A stretch of DNA of 64,000 bases from a virus (lineage: Duplodnaviria > Caudoviricetes): the IMG/VR virus record IMGVR_UViG_3300011008_000999; one strand, given 5' to 3'. Position 1 is the first letter of the stretch; each line of letters begins with the position of its first letter. The notes under the pieces were generated by a model. The model was not told where the DNA came from. It worked only from the letters and a program-made list of their open reading frames with translations, and did no database searches. The position numbers and the translations under genes were made by a program. Positions 23,766 to 36,642 of the stretch are shown piece by piece.

Positions 23766-25066
23766 TGAATAATTTCCTTTCTATATAATTTTACTCAGCT
23801 ATTTCGCCAGTGATAAATACAAATTTATCTTCAGCAATATAAGCAGTTCCAATTGATTCTATATCATCGTCCTCTACTTCAAAGATAGATGGTTTATTAT
23901 TCTTAACCATTACATCAGCGATATCGTCCCAATCAAATATATCATATTTTGTACCAGGATTTAGGCTTTCATTTTCTTTGAGTCTAAGATTATATTCTGG
24001 ACGTCCAATGTTACAGAATGCTTTACAAACTGAATCATAGCTGTTATCTGCAACTTCAACTACACAAGTAATATATTTAGTGTCAATTATGAGCAACATA
24101 CTATCATCCTCCTTAATAATCAAGATACAATAATAAAGTATCACATTCTACAATATAATGTCCTAAGTAGTCAGGATCTTCTTTATTGATTTTGCTGTTA
24201 AGTTCAGCTTTAATATTATATAACCACTCTCTAATCCAAGTATCATTACGGTTTACAAGATCTGACTCTATTCTATTTTTGTTTTCTTGAACGACATTAT
24301 CATCATCTCCATCATTATCAAGAAAATCATACTTATCAAAATCTTCAGCTAACTTAATAAGTCTATCAGCAAATTCACTATTACTTGTAATTTCTGCCAT
24401 AATGATCCTCCTTATAATAGAATTTTGAAACCATGATAACCTCCTACATCTGATTAAACCAACTATCCTTTTTATACCACATATCTTCCTAATAATTGGC
24501 TTCTTTTCTAGATAGTTCTAATTCATTAGCAACTTCATCAAAGTCACCTGAATCTTCTGGAGAAGGTGTCATTCCAAGATAAAAAGCTTTCATAGTGGCA
24601 CTTAATCCAGCTTTCTTACATGTAGATTTTCCAACATTATCAACAAAGTCTTTTATATCTTTTTCTAAGTTACCCATGATATTTCTCCTTATCTACTTAG
24701 TTTATCTGATAATTCTCCAGTATCAAATCTATCATGAATGCTATAATGTCCTTCATCTCGCCCATCATAACAAGGATAGCAATATGATCCATTTTTCATA
24801 AATTCAAGAAGCTCAGCAGTGTATACAGGTCCATAATAAGGTGGATAAATAGGATTTGGTCTAATATACTTAACAAAAGTAATTTTCTTAGTTTCAGAAG
24901 TTCCTATACCATAGAAATATGCGTCAGCTTCAAATGTATCATCTTCAATAGGAAGTTCTTTATAGTCTCTTTCTTTCCAGTTGGTTTCTTCCCAGATTTT
25001 CTTTTCTCTATCTGACCAATAACCTTCAAATTCTGGTTTCCACATATCAGACTTCCTCCTTATATT

Positions 25067-25261
25067 TTATCTATTTCTACTTGCAGAATATCTACCACAT
25101 TCAAATTCTGTTCTGATATAATCGCTAGAATCTAAGACTATATCTTCACTATCATATTGTTCCTGTACAATATCAATTGCTTGATATTCATTTTCTGCTT
25201 CAGCTTCATCAATAAGAACTTCTCTTTCAAGAATTTCTCTAACAATTACTTTATATTTCAT
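25067..25261 (-). CDS. DpnD/PcfM-like small protein
   Basis: KYKVxVREIL..EV.I.EAE...A...V..QY..EDIVLD..DY pattern. Confidence 0.55.
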   Translation of the reverse strand: MKYKVIVREILEREVLIDEAEAENEYQAIDIVQEQYDSEDIVLDSSDYIRTEFECGRYSASRNR

Positions 25262-26634
25262 GATTATTTCTCCTTCTTATATTTTCCAGACATAAGATCT
25301 TTTTCAATTTTGTCTAATTTATTTGAGAATTGCTCATGTACATCAGGTGTATATTTAATAATCTGATCTATCATACTTTTAAGTTCTTCTTCAACTTCTT
25401 CTACTGTCCATACATGACCTGAAGTTCTACTAATAGAACTTTCGGTAGATCTTAAACCAAAATATCTTTTGATACCTTCAAGATCTATTGCGTCCATAGG
25501 AAAATGAGCACAACTAAATCCAACTAACCAATCATCTGATGAAAATCCAGGTTTAGAATGGCCTGTAAAATTTACTCCACCATGGCACTTAATAAAATTA
25601 AAAGTCTTCTCATCTTTTTCAAAGAATGGATGGTTTTCAGGTATTCCAACATAGCCACATCTATGTCCATCAGGCTCAAATGTAATAGCCCATTCATATC
25701 CTCTATAAGAACCATGTCTTTCTACCATAATGACACCTCCTTATAAATCTAATGAATGTACATATACACTATAATATGGAGTATTTTCAAGTTTAGTATC
25801 TACGATCCTACATACTCTACCGTCTACTCTAATAGTATCATTGCAATTACCATAAGCAACTAAAGTCTCATTAGGAAATGGACAATAATCTTCAAACTTA
25901 GAAGGTTTAGTGATAATAGGTCTTCCACCAGTATGTTTGCAAAGCTCATCAATTCTATTACCTAAAAGAACACATACATCATCACAAAGAGCTTTAAACT
26001 CTCTACGATTACATTCAAATTCTGCAGCATTTTCAGATAACCATCCAAAATCATACTGTTTTTCAGTTAATGTTTTTATACTATTAACGCAAGTATCAAA
26101 TTCTTCTTTTGTATCTACAAATGACTTAGAAGTTGCATTTAAGTAATGCTGAAATAATTCAAATGAAGTATCATCATAACTACTAAGTTTTGTAAGTAGA
26201 ACTGCTTTATCCATATGATCCTCCTTATATAAACAATATGTCTAGCCTATTTCTAGACTAGACATTTTTCACTTCCACTATTATTATTAAATAGTCATTG
26301 ATTGTACTTTCCTAATGGTCTACTAAATACACCATCAAGTTCAGGCAATCTAGTTATTTTAGGTAAGAATTTTTCACTAGTGACATAAAATTTAAGATTT
26401 GGAAAGGCATGCTCACATTTCTCGCAATAATCTGCATATTCATCATGTGTGTCTAACTCAATACCTTTCTCAAGTAAAGGACTTACATTGAGTTGTCCAT
26501 TCTCAAGCCATCTAACAATTTCACAATCATTAGTATCAGGATCAGTACAAACGATATATAATTTTTCATTCAGACGTCTCTGTCCATAAGGTTTTTCCAT
26601 TTCTCTGTCATATTCATGTCGCCAACTCATCATG

Positions 26635-27381
26635 TTATTCTTCTACCTCGTATCTACCATATCCAACTACATGCGCATATTTGTAATCATCACTAATTAC
26701 TATTCCGTAGTCTTTACCTTTTGCATGTACAATTTGTCCATCTCCAAGATAAATTGCTACGTGTGAAATATCAGAGACGCTCGATCCATAGAAGACTAAA
26801 TCACCTTTTTGCAGTTCTTCTTCAGTAATATGTTTAGAAGCAAAGTACTGACAATCAGCTGTTCTCGGAGTTTCAATTCCATATTCTCCAAAAAGTGTTT
26901 GAACGAATCCAGAACAGTCTGCACCATTAGTGAGTGATGTACCACCCCATACATAAGGATTACCTACAAATTCACATGCATAATCAGCAATTTCTTCTTG
27001 TATAGTAGTCTGTCTAGCAATAAGATCACATGAAGGTTTAAGTCTTACCTCTGATGTTCCATTGTGCATTACTTTCGAATAAGCGAATTCTTTGGATTCA
27101 ACTGCAATGACTTCACCTGCTTCTACATGCTGATTATTGACTACTTTTACTTCATCGAGCTTGGAGTAAGATGAAACAATTGGAGCATTGTCATAAGTAA
27201 TTGTAATTATTCCTTGATTACTCACAGACACCACACCATCTGCATCAGCTAATACTTCAGTCTCTTCTTCGCTACACTCAATCAGTATTAAATTTTCGTC
27301 CGTTGCTGCATAAGCAGTCACTGGCATTATCATAGTCGTAGCGAGTCCAATGAAAGCCAGTGTAGTAACTATCTTCTTCAA
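26635..27381 (-). CDS. Secreted NlpC/P60 peptidoglycan endopeptidase
   Basis: Signal peptide; GNPYVWGG, DCSGF, HVAIY and HA catalytic motifs. Confidence 0.9.
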   Translation of the reverse strand: MKKIVTTLAFIGLATTMIMPVTAYAATDENLILIECSEEETEVLADADGVVSVSNQGIITITYDNAPIVSSYSKLDEVKVVNNQHVEAGEVIAVESKEFAYSKVMHNGTSEVRLKPSCDLIARQTTIQEEIADYACEFVGNPYVWGGTSLTNGADCSGFVQTLFGEYGIETPRTADCQYFASKHITEEELQKGDLVFYGSSVSDISHVAIYLGDGQIVHAKGKDYGIVISDDYKYAHVVGYGRYEVEE

Positions 27382-27473
27382 TAGTCATAATTTCCTTTCA
27401 CTTTTATTTCTTAACCTACAATAAAAACCGTCCCCAGAAATAATCTAGGGACTGCATTATGTAAGATTAAGTC

Positions 27474-28226
27474 TTATCGTAAAGATTTTATATACTCTTC
27501 TGCATTAGAAGACGTAATATAGTTGATAAGTCCTTTGTAAAATCCTTCAAGTTCAGAGTCATCAGTAATGATTTCTCCACACTTTTTATTATCGATCTTA
27601 CAAATAACTTTCTCTACCTTTCCAACTTCAGGTACCTTTGGAATACCAAGTTCTGAATAGATCTTAGCTTTAACACCTTTATGTACATCAGCAAACTGCT
27701 CTTTTGAGTATAAAGACTCTTCCATAGGAAGTAAATTATACTTAGAACCACCAGACTTATAAAGTGCATATAATTGTCTAGCTGCATTATATACCTGAAT
27801 AGTGCTAATTAAGTTAGGCGTAATGAAAGGTGTATAGCTATCAAAATATCTAGCTTCACCTGGTCCACCAAGTTTAACTCTTTTACCTTTGCTAATAAAT
27901 TCATCAGGATGTTCAGCTTTGTATTCTTTCCATCTCTTACTGAATTCTTTCATTTCTTCAGCATACTTAACCTCTAACTTCTTGTAAGTCTCTTTCTCTG
28001 TCCAAACATCTTTTACTTCCTGGACATTCTCTGAATGATAGAGCTTTTCTTCGTCAAGCAAGAAGATTCTCTGTTTGAAGTAATCTTCTGCATCTCTTGC
28101 GATATTTCTAATCATAAGAGGTGTTAATGAGTAGGTACCGTCTCCATTATCCTGGAAGTAGTTAGGATTAATGAATTTTCCGGTGATTGTCATAGGCTGA
28201 TAAAGTTGTTCAATAATTTTGCCCAT
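27474..28226 (-). CDS. Hypothetical protein, paralog of 10820-11956
   Basis: Shared sequence blocks with 10820-11956. Confidence 0.7.
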   Translation of the reverse strand: MGKIIEQLYQPMTITGKFINPNYFQDNGDGTYSLTPLMIRNIARDAEDYFKQRIFLLDEEKLYHSENVQEVKDVWTEKETYKKLEVKYAEEMKEFSKRWKEYKAEHPDEFISKGKRVKLGGPGEARYFDSYTPFITPNLISTIQVYNAARQLYALYKSGGSKYNLLPMEESLYSKEQFADVHKGVKAKIYSELGIPKVPEVGKVEKVICKIDNKKCGEIITDDSELEGFYKGLINYITSSNAEEYIKSLR

Positions 28227-29995
28227 AGTTTTTCTCCTTTGAGATAATATATTTATAAAGCCTTATGGCTCTATAGTCACGCTTTAAGCATTAATAAAGA
28301 TCTAATGTCTTTGGAACTCTCTGATTACAGAATGCAAATGGCATAAATGCAATTTCCCAATTTCCAGCACCACTTGGAAGATGATCATTTTTGTTTAACT
28401 CATCAGCAATATTCTGTGGTGTTCCATAAATATAGTACTTCTGCTCTTCATTTAGAGATGGTGAGAATGTAAAGTCTCCTCCGCTTACAACACCTTTAAT
28501 AGTATCAGAAGTATCAACTATAATAAGTGTTCTACAACCATATTTATCAGCAAACCAGTCTAATGCACGACCTAGTTCCGATTCATCTCTAAATTCAAAA
28601 ATTTTAGTATTCTGAATTACTCCAATCATCTTATTTACCTCCTTAACCAAACAAAATGATTAGCCTACAACAAGTATACTAATCATTTTGCTCGTCCATT
28701 CTTATATATATAAATAGCTCTTTACTATTTCTCAACCTCATAATCCTGCTGAAGAATGGAAATAGATAATTCAACATCATTTAAGATAGATTGGTTTATA
28801 AGTAATAACTTTTGTTCAATTCTAGTCTTAATTGCATCTAATCCTACTGAGTCATCACGTACTTTTATTGGATTAAGTTCTACTACTTCAACTGAATCAT
28901 TTGCTAAAATTGGTTCACCACTAAGTTCACCTAAAGATTTTCTACCAACTCTCATTATTTCTACAAAATCTTTAGTTGAAATAATAATATTACTGTAAAT
29001 ATTAGCCTTAACTTCATAAGTACCAATTATATTACCTTCAGTATGTGCAACTTTAGCTGAATAGTAGTTAATTATAACTTTTATTGTAGTATTAGCTGCG
29101 TTAGTATCGAGGCTTACAGGAACAATCTGTAAATCAAATGGTGTACCATCATTCATGCCAGATATATCAGAAAATTCAATACTAGCTATTGTTTTCTCTT
29201 TTACTTTTGCTTTTACTTCATTATTATTTGACATAGCTTTACTCCTTCATAATTTGATCTATTAACTTATCTACATCTGGATCTTCAAATGTAATTTTAG
29301 TTGTTTTAACTTCAGGTAATTCATTAAACTTTCCAGTAGTAAAATCAAATATTGAAGCTAACATTTTACTATTATCTACACTATAAGCTCCAGGAAATTC
29401 ATCAAAATAATAAACAGTTGCACCTACTTGATTAACCTCTTCCACAAAATTATTTACAATATTTGTAAACCATCCTCTAAATTCAGAATCAGACTCAAAT
29501 AATGTAAGTACTTTATTTAAAGGCTGTTCATTATAATCAGAATCATATAATTCTACATTAAGAGTAACTGTATCAGAATAACTTGTTAGTCTTTTTAAGA
29601 ATAAAAACATCTCATAACCAGAATCTTTAATAGGAAATTGTCTATGCACATCATCGCTGATTAATTGTTTTAATATAGATTCCATATCATAATACTTATA
29701 ACCATTTCCTATTGCTTTGAGATTATGATGAAGTACTATTCGTTTCATATAGTCATGCATAGCAACCCTCCTTATACTCTATCAGCATCTTCTAACGATT
29801 TATATGCAGCAGATACTGAACCACTATTCACTCTAAAATAAAAAGTGCCATCAGGAAAATCGCACTGTATAAGCACATTACATTTATCCTGACATGCACC
29901 TAATACAATAGGTGTAAATTCTGGATAGACTTTTCTAAAAGATTTTTTACAATCTGCTACTAAATCTTCATCTAAGTATTCTATACCATACATAT

Positions 29996-30550
29996 TTATT
30001 TCTCCTCTAATTGTCCTAAGTTATAGTGTAACCTACAAAGTGAAGTATAACTTTCATTACCACCTAATTGTACCTGTTCACCAGTCTTAATTATATGACC
30101 GTCTATTACTCGTGCATTAAATCGAGCTTTCTTACCACACCAACAAATAGTAGTAATTTCCTGAATATCATCAGCCACTTCAATTAATCTTTTAGATCCT
30201 TCAAATAAATGACCTTGAAAATCAGTTTTAAGACCAAAAGCAATTATAGGAATATCGTCGTTATCAGCAATTCTAACAAACTCATCAACTTGTTTAGTAG
30301 TTAAGAATTGAGCTTCATCAATAAGAATACAATCACAATTCTTTATATTAGTTAAATAGTCTTCTACAAACATACATTCTGCTTCAAGACCTATTCTTGA
30401 TTTGATCTTACATACTCCGTCTCGATTTTCCATCTTTGGTTTAAGTACAATTGCTTTCTTACCTTTTTCTTCAAAGTTATATCTGATCATAAGCATATTA
30501 GCAGTTTTAGAACTACCCATAGCTCCGTATCTAAAGCTTATTTTAGCCAT
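29996..30550 (-). CDS. tdk: Thymidine kinase
   Basis: GAMGSSKT, IDEAQF, FGLKTDF, F.GS..L and the C-terminal Zn-site Cys residues. Confidence 0.93.
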   Translation of the reverse strand: MAKISFRYGAMGSSKTANMLMIRYNFEEKGKKAIVLKPKMENRDGVCKIKSRIGLEAECMFVEDYLTNIKNCDCILIDEAQFLTTKQVDEFVRIADNDDIPIIAFGLKTDFQGHLFEGSKRLIEVADDIQEITTICWCGKKARFNARVIDGHIIKTGEQVQLGGNESYTSLCRLHYNLGQLEEK

Positions 30551-30642
30551 TATTTTAATTTCCTTTCAATTATATATATTTTATTTATTATATACATAAA
30601 GTGTCCCAGATTGTCTCCTGGAATATCTGGTAGTTATTCTGG

Positions 30643-31842
30643 TTATACAGTTTTATTAAGTAACTCCTGTATTTCTTCAAATGAGATATTTCCACTATTA
30701 TCTCTATGAGGAATCTGAGCTATCTTACTACGTCCTTTGAATAAGTAAAGTCTATTATCTTTAATAGCTTCTTCACCATATTCTTCTTCAAAACGATTTA
30801 AAGCCATAGGTTCATAAACTCTACTAATATTTCCAAGTTTAACCTTATCTACATAAAGGTCGTTCTTATTAACAATCTTCTCTTCATTATCAAGATCTTC
30901 ATCATCTACATCATCGTCTTCATGTCTAGCAACTTTAGCATTATAAGTATAGAGTAAACTCATAGCATCAAAGTTCTCGTATTTAAGAAGATGCATAAGT
31001 GAGTAGTCGCCCATAATCTTATATAAATGTTTTTCTTCATCATGGTAAACAATACCATTCTTAAGCATAATTTCAGTAAAATTAGGAAGACTTCTAAGAG
31101 ATACTGTTCTATGAAGATTTACTGATCCATCTCCACCAGCATTATTGGTAGTATGGAATTTAGACACAAAAATATCATCTGGATCTAACTGAGTATCACA
31201 TAAGTATTCATCTACAATAACATCTCTAAGCTCAACAGGATCAGAATCTTTATTTGATACATGAAGCCTATCTTCATATACAATAAACTTCTTAACTACA
31301 TGAAGTTTAAATGTATTCTCATTATTACGACGATCTTCTAAAGGCGTATTATCTACAAATTCTTTAAGATCTTTGAGACATTTATGGTTATCTCTTACAT
31401 TGATTACTGTATTAAATGTAGGTAAGAAAATATCATTTCCACCATACTTAACTAGACCAGCATCTAAGATCTTAATATGTTTAGCATGAAGATACTCATA
31501 TACTTCAGGATTATATCTATAAAGATGTCTTTCTACTGCAGTATCGAATCCATCATGACAATCATCTTGGATTTCAATATTTTCACAATATTTATCAAGT
31601 TCTTCGCCGGTAAACTCATTAAGTTCTCTATAAAGACGTCTATCACCAACAATCTTAGCGCAGATCATATATTGAACAGCAGTCTCAATATGTTTAATAT
31701 TCTGTACATTAGTGCGTTTATGTTCTACAAATCGTCTAGCAATAAGTTGAATATTAGATACTTTAGCATAATCTGCATTGAATGACTGATCTGGATGATC
31801 TAGTCTAAGCTCTCTAGCTCTTGCTATAATATCACTCGGCAT
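30643..31842 (-). CDS. Hypothetical protein (399 aa)
   Basis: Long ORF with strong RBS. Confidence 0.7.
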   Translation of the reverse strand: MPSDIIARARELRLDHPDQSFNADYAKVSNIQLIARRFVEHKRTNVQNIKHIETAVQYMICAKIVGDRRLYRELNEFTGEELDKYCENIEIQDDCHDGFDTAVERHLYRYNPEVYEYLHAKHIKILDAGLVKYGGNDIFLPTFNTVINVRDNHKCLKDLKEFVDNTPLEDRRNNENTFKLHVVKKFIVYEDRLHVSNKDSDPVELRDVIVDEYLCDTQLDPDDIFVSKFHTTNNAGGDGSVNLHRTVSLRSLPNFTEIMLKNGIVYHDEEKHLYKIMGDYSLMHLLKYENFDAMSLLYTYNAKVARHEDDDVDDEDLDNEEKIVNKNDLYVDKVKLGNISRVYEPMALNRFEEEYGEEAIKDNRLYLFKGRSKIAQIPHRDNSGNISFEEIQELLNKTV

Positions 31843-32074
31843 GACTAGTTACCTCCTTATAAATCATGTTCTTTTGCAATATACTCTAAATTCTCAATAA
31901 GTTCATCTGTAGAAAATCCAGGTCTTAAAGTATTCCACATTTCAGCTGGACTTACAAGATCCTCCATTTTATCCGCTATATCATCTATAGCAGAACGATC
32001 ATAATTTCTAGACTCTCTCAAGTCTCTAATTTTTTTCAAGTATACTCATAGTTCCAACCTCCTATTTTAACTCC

Positions 32075-32941
32075 TTATACAGTTTTTTCTAAAAGTTCAA
32101 TTAACTTTTCAAAGGATAAATTATTATAATAACCGTCCCAATCACCTTTAACATGTGCTACTTCAGAACTACCTCTAAAAATATATATATTTCCTCTAGT
32201 TACTGGATCATGATCTTTATTCCATTCAGCGTTTAAGAAATGTTCACCTCTACCATAGTTAGAAAAAGGCTCTGTACATACCCAAGCTGAGTTATGTAAA
32301 CCAGAATATCTAGCAACTAAATCATATCCGTCAATCTTATAATCAGCAGCTAATTTAACATCTTTAATTTTATATTGATTAGTTACTTTATCTAAAAATA
32401 CATTACCTGCGCAGACTATTCAGAGAACAGATATATTTACACCAGGCATACCTAATGGTGCTTTACGTGAATATTCAAAATTTTTCCAACAATTACTATC
32501 AACACTAATTTTATATTGTGTTACACTATATAAAACAGTATCATCTTCGCAGATTAATTCTATTATAGTACGATTTTCATCAATCATATAAATAACACCT
32601 TGATCATATACTAATTTAGGATTTTTAATGCTTTTTATTTCAGGTGTTTCAAAAGTAACTTCTTTAAAAATATCCTTAAAATAATAAGCGCCAATTAACT
32701 CATGTACATAACTAGTTATTTGATGTTGAAGATTACTACAACCTAACATTTTAGCTGCAATATAATACTGCACTAATTTATGAACAGATTTAATTGATTT
32801 AACATTAGTACCTTTATTATTAGTCTTTCTATTTAATATTTTATCATAATATTTCTGTTCAACATCTTCATTATGTAATTTGTTATTCTTATTTGCTTAA
32901 CACCACTGGCGTAATTCTTCAGTAAAATTATTTTCATCCAT
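32075..32941 (-). pseudogene. Hypothetical gene with two in-frame stops (TAA 32899-32897, TGA 32422-32420)
   Basis: One frame from RBS+ATG 32941 stays open on both sides of each stop. Confidence 0.6.
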
Positions 32942-33741
32942 TTATATCACCTCTTTATATAAATGTATTGTCTACAACATCAGTTATATCATACTTTTCC
33001 ATTCTAGTAAGTAAGTCTTTTACAAACTCTTTTTCCTTTTCTTTTGTGTTAAGACCTCTAGCCCACCAATCATCATAATCATCATTCATAGCACGAAAGA
33101 TTTCAATAACATCTTCTGTTGATAGTTGATATTCCGACCTACCTTCATCTCTATACTTTTGAACACGTCTCTTACAATATTCAGCAATTCGTTCAGCTAA
33201 CCAATTCATATCTTCAGGCTTAGGTCCACAAGGTGGTTTATATCTTCCATAGTCCTCGCTCATAATAATTTCTCCTATTCTTCTATCTCGTCATAAGCCT
33301 TCATAATATTTTCTTTTGCAATAGTAAGATCTTCAATAGCTCTATCAATTTTCATTTCCATAAACTCTAAGCTGTTATAACCATCAAAGTCTTCCATTTC
33401 TTTCTTTATTTCTTTGATCTTATATTCAGCCTCACCACAGTATGTCTTAATACATTCAATTTTAGTCTTTAATGCCATAATAAACCTCCTTAATAATAAA
33501 AATACCTAACCTCGTATGAGATTAGGTATTGTTCGCATCCATTCGTTATTATAATTAAATAGTTCTTTATTATAGCTTATCCCATAAATGACCTACCCAT
33601 TTGCCGATTATAAATCCGGACAGTAATGAATATATTGTAGAAGGTTCTAATCCAGCTTCTATTAAGATCGCGTATAGTAAATTAAATAATATAGCCATTA
33701 CTACCATAAAAATTATGCATATCAATAGTTTTCTTAACATG

Positions 33742-34074
33742 TTAATCTCCTTCATAAGGTTCAGGATCTATCATCCAAGCAAGTACACGATCAGTTATGT
33801 CATTAGTAATCTTACCATCAGGCAGTCGCGTACATACCTCTTCTGAAGTAAATTTTTTACTATGAGAGTAATATTTTGCTCTAGCCGTGAAGTTAGGATT
33901 ACCTTTTATAGTGACTATTACTCGTATATACATATAGTCCCAATAATTATATCCTTCATCATCAACTTCATCTGGATCAAAATCTTCATCAGCAAGATCT
34001 TCTTGAATGAGATCATATAACTTTTTGTCATCAGTGTATTCAGGTAGTCTTTTAGTAACTGGAATCCAACTCAT
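33742..34074 (-). CDS. DUF551-like phage protein
   Basis: MSWIPVTKRLPE...VLAWM..PEPY. Confidence 0.6.
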   Translation of the reverse strand: MSWIPVTKRLPEYTDDKKLYDLIQEDLADEDFDPDEVDDEGYNYWDYMYIRVIVTIKGNPNFTARAKYYSHSKKFTSEEVCTRLPDGKITNDITDRVLAWMIDPEPYEGD

Positions 34075-34621
34075 ATTTAACTCTCCTTTAAATTAAGACG
34101 TCTTTCAAACTCATCTGCAATAAGTCCAATACTTCTTGCATGATACCAAGCAGTATGAATATCTCTAAGATTATTGATCAAAAGCTGGTCGTCCATCTCA
34201 GCAAATATCTTCTTAAGATCATAATAATGTATTGTATTATATTCAGCTTCAGCCGCTTTTATTCTATCTGCACCAATCTGTATTATAGACTTATTATTTG
34301 CTTCGGCTACATCTATTCTCTTTTCAAGCTGATCATATACCTGTTTCATTTCGGCATAGGTCTGTTTAAGTTCAGCATTTTCGTTTAGCAGTCTAGCATA
34401 AATTCCAAACTTTTCTTCAACAAGCTTTGCATTTTCTTCATTAAGGCTTTTATTTTCAGCTTCAAGCTGTTCGTTCTTAGATTCAAGCGCATGTATATAG
34501 TTAGCAACATCTTCCATGTTATTAAGTTCAGGTCTAGTCATAATATTCACCTCTCAATAAAAATAAAACAGCTACTACTCCCATAGCTGAGAATAGTAGC
34601 TTATGTTTAACTGTTAAGATA

Positions 34622-34655
34622 ATTATAACATGTATTTTGACATTTGTAAATAGTT
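34622..34655 (-). promoter_or_regulatory. Class 1 promoter
   Basis: AACTATTTACA...TGTTATAAT. Confidence 0.75.
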
Positions 34656-36225
34656 TTATGATCTTCTTTTACTTTCCTCTAAATGAGGTTTTTGTATCAA
34701 AACCATGAGCAGTAATCTTATCGTTGTTAGTTATTCCAATAGGATCAGTTCGCTCAGATTCTGTTTTAAGTAGTGAAAAGTGCTCTTCAATAGCTAAGAA
34801 CATCTGCATAGGATCGATAACTTTACTAATTCCAGTATCTATGAGAATAGGTGGCTGAAAAGTAGTATCAGTTTCTTTAGTCTTATAGTTATAGTGATGA
34901 TGTACACTATCACAAAGAGTACATTCAGAAATGTAGTCATTAGTATCAATCATATTCTTGATCTTATCTACATTCTCTAAAATCTTATCATGATCAGTTT
35001 TGTTATTTTTATCACGTAAGAAATAACTAATAAAAGAAATAAGCTCAAGCTTAAGAAGTTCTCTCTTTTTATTGAAATTCTTCCAAGTAGTAAGTAACTC
35101 TACCTCATAATTTCCATTAAAGTAATCTCTATTAGTAATAGTTACAAGCATTAACCAATAAGTAGCTCCACACTGAAGAACTACAAATCTATAGTTAGAG
35201 TTTTTATCATATCTAACCCAATCAAGCTTATTGCAAATATCAGCTTTAGGTACAATATAAGAATCTCTACGATCAAATACAAGTGTGTCTTCAGGATTAC
35301 TTAAGTAGTCATAAAAATCATGCTTTTTATCAATAATTCTCATAATATTCTCCTAATCTATAGGTTTCCATGCAGCCACATCTTCTCTCTTGTGGTCCAT
35401 GTAATAAATATCTTCAAAACAATAACCGCATTTGTAGAATGACGAATCTACCTTAAATGCTTTATATACACGACCGTCTCTAGTCATAATGTATACAAGC
35501 TTACCAAATTCTGGTTCTTCTTTTTCAATAGAAATATATTCACTCATTTATGTCCTCCAAGTACATTGGTACTATCATTTTATATGTAGTCTGCCAATAG
35601 TTAACTGATTCTTTCTTACCTTCAAAAGTTTTGTAATAAAGATCTCTATCACCATTTTGTTTGATTTCTTTTCGAATTCGTTCAAGAATAGTATTAAGTT
35701 TGAGTCGTTTTTCAGGAAATTCATCTATTCGATGTATATCTGTTAGACTTTCACATTTTTCTGGAATAAGAACGATCTGTGTTTTAAGTCCTTTTACATC
35801 AATGAAACCATACTGGTCATGATATGGATAACACATATGATTTGTTAGATCATATTCTTTTGCATACTTATCTATATATTCTTGTACAGTATTTACAAAT
35901 CTTGATGCTTTCATATAGTCTCCTTAATAAATAGGTTTGTATTTATCTTTTAACGACTGTTTATGTTCTTCTATTCGTTTATCAAGATCTCTCCAACTTT
36001 GTTCTTGTTCTTCAGCATCAATCATTAGTAGTAGACCAAATGCTATACCTATTGATATAATCATTAGAATGCCAGATACTATCATAATAATCATACCAAT
36101 TTCAGTTAGCTGATTATGAAATGCAGATGGAGTTAGTCCAAAGAATAATGCGGCAAATATTAAAATACAAATACTAGAAATTCTAAAAGCTTTTTTCATA
36201 TATACTACCTCCAAATTATATTTGT

Positions 36226-36259
36226 ATTATAACAAAGAAAAAAGTACTTGTAAATAGTT
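36226..36259 (-). promoter_or_regulatory. Class 1 promoter
   Basis: AACTATTTACA...TGTTATAAT. Confidence 0.75.
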
Positions 36260-36596
36260 TTAAATAAAAAAGAGTTACTCATTATTCATGAATAACTCTC
36301 TAACTTCTTTATATCACATGATATAGACTAGTTATTTTTGCAAATGGTTCAAATTTGATATTTTTATTAATAATTATATTAGCATATTAGAGTATCATTT
36401 TTTGCAAATATAACTTAATCAAAAATGAATTATATAGTAAAGAAATTTGTCATTCTTGTAGGTTTACATTCAGACGCATTTCTATATCTATCACATGCAT
36501 TACAATATCCAAGTCTATATAAAGCAAATAAAGACATACAAAATATTGATATTTGTAATGCAATAATTATAACTTTTTTCATAACTTTTTCCTCTT

Positions 36597-36632
36597 AAAA
36601 AGAGAGCGCTAGCCATATTTCAGACTAGCGCT
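36597..36632 (-). terminator. Intrinsic terminator after the FtsK C-half
   Basis: AGCGCTAG/CTAGCGCT stem followed by a T-rich tail. Confidence 0.7.
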
Positions 36633-36642
36633 GTTAATCTTA

